Positions 37,355-50,180 of a stretch of DNA of 64,000 nt are shown one piece after another. Source of the stretch: Mobula hypostoma (lineage: Eukaryota); NCBI RefSeq assembly GCF_963921235.1, contig NC_086118.1:14138001-14202000 (forward strand), written 5' to 3'. The position numbers were made by a program, and so were the translations under genes. Below the pieces are notes generated by a model. The model made no database searches. It saw only the letters and a program-made list of their open reading frames with translations, and was not told the origin of the DNA. How positions within the stretch are numbered: the stretch's first letter is position 1; every line of letters starts with the position of its first letter.

Positions 37355-37769
37355 CCTCCAAGAGGACTACAACCTGTCATAGGACTTGGAGGCTTGCATA
37401 CCTCAATGAACCAGAAAGCTATGTTGGCTGGAGTTAAGGCAGTATGCTTTGACTCTCAGTAGGGTCACCCATGCCAACCAGGTCAAAGGGTAGAGGCCAG
37501 ACTGAGAGCAGACCACCGGTCCTCCAGGTTCAGGGGTTCAGCTCAGGGCCGGCAACCCTGACTGGTAAAACAAAACTGTTACAGAAACAGCAATGAAGGA
37601 TCCTTCTACTTCTGAGTGCGACGGTATTCCTGAGTTTCCAGCCAGGACTTGCATGACTGACAGTAGTGAAAATCAAGAACAAGCCACTTGCACAATGAAG
37701 GAAGCCCTGAACACCACCAGAGATGGAGGACCCTCACTGCTGCCAGTGGCATAATGGGCAGTTAGTAAG
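37355..37769 (+). mobile_element. Bipartite non-autonomous RTE-derived element
   Basis: RTE/Rex3-like 5' UTR motifs (GCTATGTTG...GTAGGGTCACCCATGCCAA...GGCCAGACT), short 3' end with (TAAG)-like tail; TSD TACTGAA(T/G)GCAGT at 37342 and 37770. Confidence 0.72.
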
Positions 37770-38129
37770 TACTGAAGGCAGTAGTTCTTACGGAGAATCT
37801 ATTCCTCCTCTCCTGTGTTTTTAAACACAAAGACAACAATAAACAATCAAATAGTTTCAGTGGCTATAATCACCAACTTAGCTTTAACATTTTGAGTGTA
37901 TACTTATAAACTTCCAATGGTAGCTCTACCTAACTAGCAGAATTCCTTTGAATAATCAATACTACTGGTCCTCTTGAAAATCATTGTGGTCATGGATACC
38001 TTAAATAGATTTTTTGCATCTGTACTTACGTGGGAGATAGACACAGAGCCTACAAAACTGAGGCAAAGCAGCAGTAAATCATGGACCATATGTGGATTCC
38101 ATTGCAGGATGTGCTTGTTGTCCTGAGGG

Positions 38130-40528
38130 GAATTAATAGGGATAAATCCCCTGGGTCTTACAAGTGTCTTCTTGGACATTGTGGGAAGCTATTTCAGAAA
38201 TTGCAGGGGTACCTGGAGAATTGCTTAAAATATCCTTAGCTGCGGGTAAGGTGATGGGGGCTGAGAAGATAACTATTCTTTTCCCTTTGTTTAAAAAGGG
38301 ATCTAAGAAGAATCCAAGAAATTATAAGCCAGTGAGCCTGAAGTCAGCAGTGGGTATTCTACGGGACTGGGAAAGACAGGGCCTGATTTGGAATAGTCAA
38401 CATAACTTTGTGCATGATAGTTCACATCTAATCAATCTGTTTTTCAAGGAGATTACTGCGAAAGTTGGTGATGGAAAGCCAGTGAATGGTGTTGACATGG
38501 ATTTTAGCAAGGCCTTTGAGAAGGCCTCGCATGGGAGGCTGTTCAAGAGGCTTCAATCGTAGTAGGTTTTCAAAGCTTGCAGAGAGATTTAGGCCAGTTA
38601 GAAGTGTGGGCTGAAAGATGGCAGATGGAGTGTATGCTGTTAAGTGTGAGGTGCTACATTTTGGTAGGACTAATCAAAATAGGACATACATAGTAAATGG
38701 TAGGGCATTGAAGAATGCAGTAGAACAGATGGATCTAGGAATAATGGTGCATAGTTCCCTGAAGGTGGAATCTAATGTGGATAGGGTGGTGAAGAAAGCT
38801 TTTGGTATGCTGGCCTTTATAAATCAGAGCATTGAGTATAGGAGTTGGGATGTAATGTTAAAATTACACAAGGCATTGGCAAGGCCAAATTTGGAGTATT
38901 GTGTACAGTTCTGGTCACCAAATTATAGGAAAGATGTCAACAAAATAGAGAGAGTACAGAGATTTACTAGAATGTTACCTGGATTTCAGCACCTAAGTTA
39001 CAGAGAAAGGTTGAACAAGTTGGGTCTTTATTCTTTGGAGCATAGAAGGTTGAGGGGGGACTTAATAGAGGTATTTAAAATTTATGAGGGGGATAGATAG
39101 AGTTGACGTGGATAGGTTTTTTCCATTGAGAGTGGGGAAGATTCAAACAAGAGGACATGAGTTGAGAGTTAGGGGGCAAAAGTTTAGGGGTATCATGAGG
39201 GGAAACTTCTTTACTCAGAGAGTGGTAGCTGTGTGGAACAAGCTTCCAGCAGAAGTGGTAGAGGCAGGTTCGAAATTGTTATTTAAGGTAAAATTGGATA
39301 GCTATATGGAAGGGAAGGGAAGGGAGGGTTATGGGCTGGTTGCAGGTCGGTGGGACTAGGTGAGAGTAAGCATTCAGCATGGACTAGAAGGGCCGAGATG
39401 GCCTGTTTCTGGTGCTGTAATTATTATATGGCATTCATCTTGAGGTAGTAAATTGGATTTGACTTTGGCTTTGAGGGAGAAGCCAGAGAGTGGTTGTAGA
39501 TAGTTGCCTCTCTGACTGGAGGCTTGTGACTGGTGGAGTGCTGCAAGGGTCAGTGGTGTGTCTGTCCATCATCGTTTGTCCTCTATATCATGACAATATG
39601 GTATACAGGATCAGCAATTTTTGCAGATGAGACCAAGACTGGGAGACACAATAGACAACAAACAAAGCTATCTGAGGATGCAGTGTGATCTAGACCAGCT
39701 GGAAAAATGGGATGAAGATGGCAGATGGAATTTAATGCAGAAAATTGTTAGGTGTTGCACTTGGAAGGACAAACCAGGGTAGGACTTATACAGTGAATGG
39801 TAAGGCACTGAGGAGCACAGTAGAATGATGGTATCAGGGAATACAGGTTCATAATTCCTTGAAAATGACATTGCAGATAGATAGGGTCATAAAGAGAGCT
39901 TTTGGCATATTGGCCTTCCTAAATCAAAATATTGAGTACAAGAACTGGCATGTTATGTTAAAGTTGTATAAGACATTGGTGAGGCCTAATTTAGAGTATT
40001 GTGTGCAGTTCTGGGGTCACCTACCGACAGGAAAGATATCAATAAGATTGAAAGAGTACAGAGAAAACTTACAAGGATATTACCAGGACTTGAGGACTTG
40101 AGTTAAACAGAAAGGTTGAATAGGCCAGGACTTTATTCTCTGGAGTGTAAGAGAATGAGACATGTTTGGTAGAGGGTTACAAAATTACGAGTGGTATAGA
40201 TAGCATTAATGCAAGCAGGCTTTTCCCACAGAGGTTAAATAAGACTAGAACTAAATGTCATAGGTTAAGGGTGAAAGGTGAAATGCTTAAATGGAACCTG
40301 AAAGGGAACTTCTTCACTCAGATGGTAGTGAGAGGGTGGATTGAACTCATAGTGGAAGAGCTGGCTGCGAGTTTGATTTCAACATTTAAGCAAAGTTTGG
40401 ATAAGTACATGGATGGGAGGGCTATGGGCCAGGGACAGGTCAAAGGGATGAGGCAGAATAACAGCTGGCATGGACTAGATGATCTGAAGGGCCTGATTCT
40501 GTGCAGTAGTGCTCTGTGACTCTATGAC
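38130..40528 (+). mobile_element. CR1 LINE (RT to 3' end), split by a nested CR1
   Basis: PRNYKPVSL...DFSKAF..HGRL up to about 38560; resumes at about 39431; tail TGACTCTATGAC. Confidence 0.85.
38562..39430 (+). mobile_element. Younger CR1 3' fragment nested in CR1
   Basis: KCEVLHFGR...RPNLEYCVQFWSP...RLRGDLIEVFKI, with its own 3' tail at about 39415-39430. Confidence 0.85.
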
Positions 40529-40779
40529 TAGTGGCCGATCCAAGAGCTTCTGAAAAACAACTCCTGACATCCAAAAAAACACTTCTTTTGATACAGTGTT
40601 GAGGAATGGCTCACTCAAAATTCAACCAGCCAGAATATTCTGACAGAACGTACATGTGCTAAACTGTTCTTGAAGTGCCATGGATACACTTTTAACAATG
40701 TGTAAGTACAAGGGATAGCCACTTAATGACTTCTCTGATGAAGGTTTCAATGAGTGCAATTAACATGACATGACTTTGT

Positions 40780-41180
40780 CTAGATTTCCCGCTGTATCAG
40801 TAAAGCAGCCAACATAATCAAAGATACTTCCTGCTCCTGATATTCTCTCCCCCACCCCATCAGTTAGATGATACAAAAGTTTGATAGTACCAGATTCAAT
40901 GACAGCTTCTATCCCACTGTTATAAGGATATTGAACAGATCTCTTGTACATCAAGATGGTCCCTTGACCTCACAATCCATCTCGTCATGGCCCCTGCACC
41001 TCATCGTCGGCCAGCACCTCACTTTCTCTGTAACTGTAGCTCCTCATTCTGCATTCAGTTATTGATTTTTCCTTGAGCTCTCTCAATGTACTTATGCGAT
41101 GAAATCATCTGTACGGATAGTGTGCAAAGCAAACTTTTCATTGTACTTCAGTGCATGGGACAATAATAAACCAGTTTACC
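40780..41180 (+). mobile_element. Rex/Babar-like LINE 3' fragment
   Basis: TRFNDSFYPTVIRILN ORF end; 3' UTR ending GACAATAATAAACC. Confidence 0.7.
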
Positions 41181-41924
41181 AATTCATAATCAACTATTGT
41201 CTTCTTCTGCCTATTTTACTGCCACATCTTCAAAAGCCTTAAAGTATCAGTTGATGTTGAATTGTGAACAGCTTTTATTTTCTGAAGGCTGGTTTCTATC
41301 TTAATTAACACCTGCTATGAACTAATTTCATAACTCCAGGATAATCCCTAATAATCACCTGTTGATAAGTTAATGGAATCACTTGCTACTCCTCTGTGTC
41401 TAAGACAAAACATCTAATGCACACATTGTGAGGCATCTGCAAGGAGAAATTCCTGTTTGTTTGTCAGGCAGCTGGTAGAACCGGTGGCTCAGATTGGTAA
41501 TGTTCACCTCATTTGTGAGTTTCCACTAAAGTTAGTAGATCCAAATATTCAGAGAGCTGATAGCCATGCATACATTTCACACAGACTACCAAAAAATTTC
41601 TCCCTTCCACTACCATGCAAGCTATGTCTCCATAGTAACAGAAATTATTGATTGGACAAACTCTGGATCAAGAGGTTATAAATGTCAAACTGTCTTCTCT
41701 TAATTGCGTGCCTCTGATTTTGGAAAACATCTAGAAGTCCTTCTTGGAATCATACAAAACAAAATTTACCTGAATCAGATACTAAAGTACTCAAAGGTTG
41801 GTCAAAGGGTAATATCAGCCAGGTGACTAAAAGGAGAGAAAAAGGTAAAGGGATTATGGTAGGAGAGAATTGGAATGCTTAAGGCTCAGAGAGCTGAATG
41901 GAGAAGGAAAGAAGAATATTTAGA

Positions 41925-43575
41925 GACAGAATCGGATGCACGTCATCTCAAGCTAGTTTGCAAGCCATTACGTCTGACAAGCTGAAACCTAACACCGTCA
42001 ATGATTGTGATGTTTCGCTTCCAGATGAGCTCAATGCCTTTTATGCACATTTTGAAAGAGGGAATAAAACTACATTTGTACGAATCCCTGCAGCTGCTAG
42101 TGACCCTGTGATCTCCATCTCAGAGGCCAACATCAGAACATATTTCAAAAGGATGGCTCTCGCAAGGCATCAGGCCCTGGTGGTGTACCTGGTAGGGCAT
42201 TAAAAACCTCCACCACCCCACTGGTGGGAGTGTTCAAGGACACCTTCACTCTCTCACTGCTGCAATTGGAGGTTCCCACGTGCTTCAAAAGGGCGACAAT
42301 CATACCAGTGCCCAGAGAAAAGCAGGGTGAACTTTCTTAATGACTATTGCCCAGTTGCACTCACTTCTACTGTGATAAAGTGGTTTGAGAGGTTGGTCAT
42401 GGCCAGAATCAACTCTTGCCTTAACAAGGACCTGAACCTACTGCAATTTGCCTATCACCACAATAGGTCTAGAACAGATGTAACCTCATTGGCTCTCCAT
42501 TCAGCTTAAGATCAGCCAGGAGAATAGCAATACTTAGGTCAGCCTGCTGTTTATTGATTACCACTCAGCATTCACCATCATACCCTTTTTTTAATCAACA
42601 AAAGGCCAGAACCTGGGCCTCTGTACCTCTGTCTGCAACTGGATCCTTGACTTCCCCACTGGGAGATCACCACCAGTATGGATCGGAAATGACATTTCCT
42701 CCTTGCCGACAATCAACGCTGGCGCACCTCAATGATGTGTGTTCAGCCCAGTGTTCTGCTCCAGCTATACCCATGACTGTGTGGATAGGCACAGTTCAAA
42801 CTCCACCTATGAATTTCCCGATCGCAGAATTTCAGATTGTAACAAGGAGGCATATAGGAGTGAAAAAGATCAGCTGGTTAAGTGGTGTTGCAGCAGCAAC
42901 CTTGCACTCATTGTCAGTAAGGCCAAGAGATCGATAGTGGACTTTGGGAGGGAAAAGTTGAGGGAACACACAGCAGTCCTTATCGAAGAATCATCAGTGG
43001 AAAGAGTGATCGGTTTCAAATTCCTGGGTGTCAACATCTCTGTGGATCTATCCTGGGGCAAACATATTGATGCCATTACAAAGAAGGCACAACAGCAGCT
43101 ATATTTCATTAGGAATCTGTGGAGACTTGGTGTGTCACCAAAGACCCTCGCAAATTTTTACAGATGTACCATGGACAGCATTCTAACTGGTTGCATCACC
43201 GTCTGGTACTGAGGGGCCACTACGCAAGATCGGGAAAAAGCTATAGAAAGATACAAATTCAGCCAGCTCCATCACAGACACGAGCTTCCCTGCATCAAGA
43301 ACATCTTCAAAATCTATGCCTCAAAATACTCAGTGTTTTAAGAACAGCTTCTTCCCCTCCCCCATCAGATTTCTGAATGGGCAATGAACCCATGGGACAG
43401 CACCTTGCTACTTATTTTCTTCGTTTCTCTCTTTTTGCACTACTCATTTAATTTAATTTTACATATATTTCTTATTATAATGTATAGTTTTTTTATTATG
43501 TATTGTATTATACTGCTGTTGTAAAACCATTTTCATGACACATGGCTGTGATATCAAACCTGATTCTGATTCTGA
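41925..43575 (+). mobile_element. Rex1/Babar-like LINE, RT and 3' end
   Basis: LPDELNAFYAHFE, LNDYCPVALTS, FKFLGVNIS, NFYRCTMDSILTGCITVWY; (TGATTC)n tail. Confidence 0.9.
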
Positions 43576-44053
43576 TCTCCAACTGAACTTGGATTATCTC
43601 AAGTCGACACCCAGTGATAGCTGGGAGGTCAGTAGTATAATTGGGGGCTATTGAAGTGATAAAGGCAATAAAAACACAACATATTTGCACTATTTACATT
43701 GTGTAATGTTGACTTAAGAGGATGCATCCCTTCTCATGCGCAAACTCTGTGGCCTTGAGCCTCAACCCTAGCCTTCCAAGTCTAAAGTTCCTGCTGCATG
43801 CCTTCTTTCAAGTTAGATGCTACATCTGGCTGACAACCCTTCATGAGAACATTAAATATTCCAATTCTCTTAAAAGGAGGGGAAAACTTAATCTGCCTCT
43901 TGATAAACACCCATCCCTCAAACTACATCAGCAAAAGGTCAGGGCACTGCAGTAATTCACAGTAGTAGGTTCATTTCCTCATACTATGTTTCAATTGTAA
44001 GTACATGCAATTATTGTATTTTGATTTTCTTTCTCTGCTATTCTTTCTGGCAG

Positions 44054-44142
44054 ATGAATTTCTATGTATTCATAATGATCTTGAAAACGTTGCTTTCCAA
44101 ACTTAAAGCTCAACAGAGACGATTTAATGACTACAAATACAG
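44054..44142 (+). CDS. GLP2R: GLP-2 receptor exon (about exon 10), TM5/ICL3
   Basis: ggcag|ATG...AG|gtactg, 89 nt. Encodes MNFYVFIMILKTLLSKLKAQQRRFNDYKYR. Confidence 0.94.
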
Positions 44143-44424
44143 GTACTGGATTTATTTACCACATGACTTTACATGCTATGCTGAATTTATAATAAATATC
44201 TGAGATTCTGACATCACAGATACAACTCATTAAGCCTTAAAGCGATTTTGTTGGTTTGTTTATCAGATACTTACCTTTCTTCATGTGGATACTCATTGGT
44301 TTGTAGTTCCCCAGGAACCAACTGCCTTCTTGGTTGAGTACTCATCAGTAAGGCATGTATATAAGTATAAATAATCAAGTAAACTATGGGTAGGAAGAGT
44401 CCATTCTGACTTCACTGTAAATCA

Positions 44425-45110
44425 ACAGGTACATAATGCAGAAGGATTCACGGGGTAACAATGAATACAAGAATCCTCAGTGATGATTTTCTCTGCTTCC
44501 CAGTTGGATGAGATGTAATCAAGTGGTCTGTCAATTGCGATAGAGTGCTGGTCCTTGTCCTTTACTCTACACAGGTCATCCTTCACAATTTCCACCAGCT
44601 TCAACAAGACTCCATCATCATATACATCTTCTCCTCTGCTCCCCTTTCAGCATTTCAAAGCATTTCCTTCACAGCTACCAAGTTGTTCTCCCATCCCCAC
44701 CGACCAGCTCCCTCTCAGTACTTTTCTATGCAGAACCAGGAGGTGGCCCACTTACAGATATCCTCTCCTTTTACCTTTTTTCTTTCCACTATCCAGGGAC
44801 CCAAACATTCCTTCCAAGTTAAACAATGATTTGATTGCACCTTTTTGAATCTGCTTCAGAGTGTGGTTTCCTCTGTGTAGGAGAAACCAAACTCAGATGG
44901 GTGACCACAAGATGGAACACGTGCTTTCAGTTCACAGAGCTTTCACTTTAAATTCTCCATCCCTCTCCCACTTACACCTATCTGTCTGTGACCTTCTGTA
45001 TTGTCAAAAGTAGGCTCAACAAAACCATGAGCATCAGCACCTCATCTTCTGTCTGGATGTTGCAGCCTTCCTGACTCTACATCAAATTTTGCAAATCCTT
45101 TTAATTCACT
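44425..45110. mobile_element. Old Penelope-like remnants
   Basis: Diverged similarity to 53840-54450 (ATCCAGGGACCCAAACATTCCTTCCAAGT; GAGAAACCAAACTCAGATGGGTGACC). Confidence 0.55.
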
Positions 45111-45274
45111 TTCTCTGTTTATAGCTGAAATAACCATTTCAACTGTAAGCATTCCATCTGTGATATTAGTTGAATATTTCTTTTTCTATTAGCACAGTCT
45201 AATCTGCTGGATATGTCCTACAGCCCTGCATTTCATAACTTTTACTCCCCTTCACTTATGTTCTGTACATCTGA

Positions 45275-45805
45275 AGTGTTGTGTCCAGTCTGCCACACAA
45301 TATGAAGGACGTGGAGAGGGTGCAGAAGTATCTTGCACATTTGTTTGCTGGTTTGGAGCAATTTGGCTTGCAGGGAAGTTTGGACAAACTTGAATTGTAT
45401 TCTTTGGAGTGTCAGAGGTCGAGGGTTAACCTAACAGAACTATATAAAATTATAAGAGACATAGAAAGGACAGTTCATGGGTTATTCTCCCAGGATGGAA
45501 ATGTCATATATTAGAGGATATAAGTTTAAAGGGAGAGTTCAAAAGTCGAAAGGAGATTTATAAAGCGAGTTTATTTCACACAGAGTGCTAGCTCCCTGAA
45601 ACACACTGACAGTGAACATGGTAGAAGCAGATACAAAGGCAATGATTAAGAGGCACTTTAGACAGACACGTCAACAGGTAGGGAATAGAGGAATATAAAC
45701 CAAGTGTAGGCAGAAGGGGTTACTTCAGATTGGCTCCATGGTCAGTGTAGACGTGTTGGGCTGAAGAATTGTTCCTTTGCTGCAATGTTCTGTGCTCTAT
45801 GCTTT
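45275..45805 (+). mobile_element. CR1 3' fragment (old)
   Basis: ERVQK...LDKLELYSLE.QRSRVNLTELYKII; TGTTCTGTGCTCTATG tail. Confidence 0.75.
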
Positions 45806-46457
45806 ATGTTGGTTTTATCTACACAGACAGCATCCTCGTTCGCCACTCTGCCAATTAAGATGAACTTGGCTTCTCTCTTTCCCAGATCTGATGAAAGGTC
45901 TTTGATCTAAAACATTAACTCTCCATAGATACTGTCTGACCTTCTGAATGTTTCCAGCATTTGTCTCCAACTTATTTCAGGTTTCTGGCATCTGCACGCT
46001 TTTCAGTTTTACTTGGTATGTCTGATACCCTCGTGTATAATTTCCATTTCTTCAATGAGGGCGCTGAGTTTGTGAATGTGTATCAGAAATACTGTCCTGT
46101 CATCTTTAAGTAATTAAAGCAGAGATTCTGTCTGCTCCAGGGGCCTTGTTGTTTCTTAACCATCAAACAGCCTTCTCAAAGTATTCTTTTTACTAGCTAT
46201 CCTCCCCTCTACACTCTCATTCCTGATACAGGTCTCAAGCCAAAATGTTAACAGTTTCTTCACCTCCGTATATGCTGCTTGACCTGCTGGATCTTCCAGC
46301 AGTTTGTATCTTTGGTAACAAATGTTTATTCAATTTCATTCACATCAGCAAGCTAATAGAGCATTGAACGAATCTTTTATAAGCCCAACGACCAGAGTAA
46401 ATGTCTCAACCAACAGGGCAGAGTGACATTCTGGCACAGCGGCCCCCAAAATACGAT

Positions 46458-47063
46458 CAAGCAACACACATTTTAATTCCACATCCCCTTCCCATTCTGA
46501 CATGTCTATCCACGGCCTCCTCTACTGTAAAGATGAAGCCACACTCAGGTTGGAGGAACAACACCTTATATTCTGTCTGGGTAGCCTCCAACCTGATGGC
46601 ATGAACATTGACTTCTCTAACTTCCGCTAGGCCCCACCTCCCCCTCGTACCCCATCTGTTATTTATTTTCAGACACACATTCTTTCTCTCACTCTCCTTT
46701 TTCTCCCTCTGTCCCTCTGACTATACCCCTTGTCCATCCTCTGGGTTTTTCCCCCCTCCCCCTTTTCCTTCTCCCTGGGCCTCCTGTCTCATGATCCTCT
46801 CATATCCCCTTTGCCAATCACCTGTCCAGCTCTTGGCTCTATCCTTCTCCCTCCTGTCTTCTCCTATCATTTTGGATCTCCCCCTCCCCCTCCCACTTTC
46901 AAATCTCTTACTAACTCTTCCTTCAGTTAGTCCTGACGAAGGGTCTCGGCCTGAAACGTCGACTGCACCTCTTCCTAGAGATGCTGCCTGGCCTGCTGCG
47001 TTCACCAGCAAATTTGATGTGTGTTGCTTGAATTTCCAGCATCTGCAGAATTCCTCTTGTTTG
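46458..47063 (+). mobile_element. Penelope-like 3' fragment with a 15-bp inverted cap
   Basis: GIY-YIG C-terminus, CT-rich tract, hammerhead and terminus; TSD CCCCAAAATA(C/T)GAT at 46444-46457 and 47064-47077. Confidence 0.9.
46929..46964 (+). ncRNA. Minimal type-I hammerhead ribozyme motif
   Basis: AGTC-CTGACGA-AGGGTCTCGGCCT-GAAA-C-GTC-GACT. Confidence 0.75.
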
Positions 47064-47699
47064 CCCCAAAATATGATGATTGGAACATAAATTCACCTCA
47101 TAAAGAAGAATAAAGAACTTTCTTCCATTTAATGACTTTGACAACTCACGATGTCCCAGAGATCTTCAAAGCCAAGGAGTAGTGTCGAAGGAGCAGCATG
47201 AAAAAGACACAGATAGTCTGTCTCGGCACAGCAAACTCCACCAACACAAATAAAATGAAGGAACATTCAGCTTCAACTGTTTCAGGTTGAGATAAATGGT
47301 TCCTAGGAGACCAAGTAAACTCTCCTGCTTTCCATCAAAATAATTGCTGGAGATTCTATTATATTCACGCATGCAGTTTTAAAACTAGAGCCACCAACAG
47401 TGTAAAATTCCTCAAGTGCTGACTAAACAGATTAAGTGTTCAAGCTTTTGGCACTGAGCTTGAACACAGAGCCTGGATGAACGAGTGTTACCAGTGAGCA
47501 ATCTATTACAGAGCCATTCAATCAATTTTACATGTGCTAGTTGAAATGGAGAAACCTTCTTCATCCCAGCACCAAGCGTATAGTCTAGGCCTGAGATCAC
47601 AGGTCTCCAGGTACCCACGCTGAGTTTAAAGTAGTGAGGTTTTCTACATCAAGTTGAGTCAAGTCGAGTTTATAGTCTCATACATGTATGTAACATATA

Positions 47700-48034
47700 C
47701 GAGGGGTGATTGATAAGTTCGTGGCCTAAGGTAGAAGGAGTCAATTTTAGAAAACCTAGCACATTTATTTTTCCTACATTTACACACTTAGTCCAGCGGT
47801 CATGGAGCATACGGATCCCTCCTTTGTAGAAGTTGGCGTCTTGGACCTCCAGAAGTGGTCCACAGCAGGGGTGATTGATAAGTTTGTGGCCTAAAGTAGA
47901 AGGAGATTGGTTATTAACTTCAATCTTTCTGCATTTTCACTCAAAGAGTTGAACTGCACGTGCAATGAGAACTGTATAACTCATCTCCTTCTACCTTAAG
48001 CCATGAACTTATCAATCACCCCCCCCCCCCCCGG
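47700..48034. mobile_element. Mariner-type MITE with an extra internal TIR
   Basis: TA-flanked; left TIR GGGGTGATTGATAAGTTCGTGGCCTAAGGTAGAAGGAG, inverted copy at about 47985-48022, direct copy at about 47868-47905. Confidence 0.85.
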
Positions 48035-48319
48035 TATAACCATGTAACGTATTTCAAAACAAAGCATTGTTTCTCAGAACCAGGGTGTAAAGTGCTGTAG
48101 TACACATAACACACATAACATATGGTAATTTATGAAGGTAAGGATAACATCTACAGATGAATCACACATAAATTACAAACTAAAGTACATTAATATTAAA
48201 TATTATAAGGTACGGAACAGATTAACAGCTCTACTTCCTACTCATACAGTTGGGTCTAGACACACCTCTGACTCCACTAGTCTAATACTTGTAGTAAATA
48301 ATTTCAGCTCCATTGATTT

Positions 48320-48900
48320 TTGTCAGCTCCCCTGCGCTTCCCACCACCACACAAGCCTTTGCCTCCCTCCGGTGTGCAGCACTTTCAGGGAGTTATGGAT
48401 GTGGACTTGGACTATGATCTTTCCCTTAACAGTGTGGGACATTGGTGATATAAAAGCTAGAGCCAACAACAGAGTAGAGTTCCTCAAGTGCTTTGCTGAG
48501 GAGTATAACCTTCCTTTGTCTGTTGTTCTGAAATAGAGAACCATGGTTAATCCAGTCTTCTCTCATAACAAGTTTCAGTCCTGACAACATCCTTGTAAAC
48601 CTCCTCAACCCTTCCATACTACTGTGACTAGGACTGTTTGCAGTACTCGAGTTCCTGTTGTTGTTATCATTATGTACCGTTGCACCTCTTATTCCCAGCT
48701 CTCACATTCTATGCATTCACTAGTAAAAGAATGCATTCTAGGTGCCTTTTTAACCAACTTAATGGCTTATTCTGCACACTGAATGGTGCACAGGTGCTCC
48801 AAATTCCTTTGCTCTTCAACATCACCAACGCCCCACATTTATTGAATTTACTCTTCCCATTTTGCAGCTTTCTAAATGCATTACTCCATACAGAGGCATT
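48320..48900 (-). mobile_element. CR1 fragments
   Basis: Minus strand RRFTRMLSGL and VQVHIHNSLKV remnants. Confidence 0.6.
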
Positions 48901-49305
48901 GCTGCATTACTCAATGGGATATATTGTAGATCAGCTGAAAGTTCAAAGTAAATGTTATCATCAATATGTCACTGTATAGAGTCCTGGGATTCATTTTCCT
49001 GGTGGCATGCTCAGCGAATCTATAGAATAGTTACTTTAACAGGATCAACCAGAGACAATAAACTGTTCAAATGCAAATAGAAATAAATAGTAATAAATAA
49101 CGGGAACATGAGGTAACAAGATATAGAATCCTTAAAGTGGGAACATCTCAATGGATGGGCAAGTGAGTGCATTTATCTCTCTTGTTCAAGACCCTGATGG
49201 CTCAGTGATAGTAACTGTTCTGGAAACTGGTGGTGTGCGTCCTGAGGCTCTTGTACCTTCTACCTGGTGACACCAGAGAGGAAAGAGTATGGCTTTATGC
49301 AGATA

Positions 49306-49468
49306 GGGCCAGCTGGTGGTGTAGTGGCATCAGCACTGGACTTCAAGGCAGCTGGTCCTGAGTTCAAACTGTATCTACTTCCGTATCTTGCCATGAAAAC
49401 CCTATGGACCCTATGGTCCATGAGGCCACGAAGAGTCGGACTTGACTTAACGGCAGAACAACAACAAA
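49306..49468 (+). mobile_element. tRNA-derived SINE with an RTE/BovB-type 3' tail
   Basis: Head GGTGGTGTAGTGG...GAGTTCAAA; tail GTCCATGAGGCCACGAAGAGTCGGACTTGACTTAACG(ACA)n. Confidence 0.7.
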
Positions 49469-49469
49469 C

Positions 49470-50180
49470 TATGTGGATACGGATGGAGCAACGGCAGATG
49501 GGGTTTATATGTGAAGTGTTGCACCTTGGTAGGTGAAATGTAAAGAGGAATTACATTGTTAAGGGCAAGGCCAAAGTCCTAGTCCAAGTACATAACTCCC
49601 TGTAAGTGTTACACTGTTTGATAGGGTGAAGGCATATAGTATGCTTGCATTTAATAGTCAAGGTTTTGAGGTCAAAAGTCAGGAAGTTATGTTGCAGATT
49701 TACAAAACTCCACATCTGGAGTATTGCATACATTTCTGATTGCCCCATTATAGAAAGGATGCCAAGGCTTTGGAGAGGAAGCAGAAGAGGTTTACCAGAA
49801 TGCTGCCTGGATTATAGGACATGTGCTATAATGACAGGTTGGACAAACTTAGGTTGTTTTCTCTGGAGTGGTGGAAGCAAAGGGGAGATCTGATAGAGGT
49901 TTATGAGAGGCTTAGTTAGAATAGATAGACAGCACTTTTCCCTGGGTTGAAACGTCTAATACCTGAGGGCATGCTTTTAAGGAGAGGGGGAGTAATTTCA
50001 AAGGAGATGTGAGACATTTAGATTGACAAATAAGTATAAGGAAAATGGAGGGATATGGACATTGTATAGGCAGAAAAGATTACTTGTTAGCTATTTGATT
50101 ACTAATTTATTTGATTTAGCACAACAATGTGGCTGGAGGGCCTTTTTCTGTGCTGTCCTGTTCAATGTGATATTTTCTAT
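49470..50180 (+). mobile_element. CR1 3' fragment
   Basis: QMGFICEVLHLGR; CCACATCTGGAGTATTG; GGAGATCTGATAGAGGTT. Confidence 0.8.
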
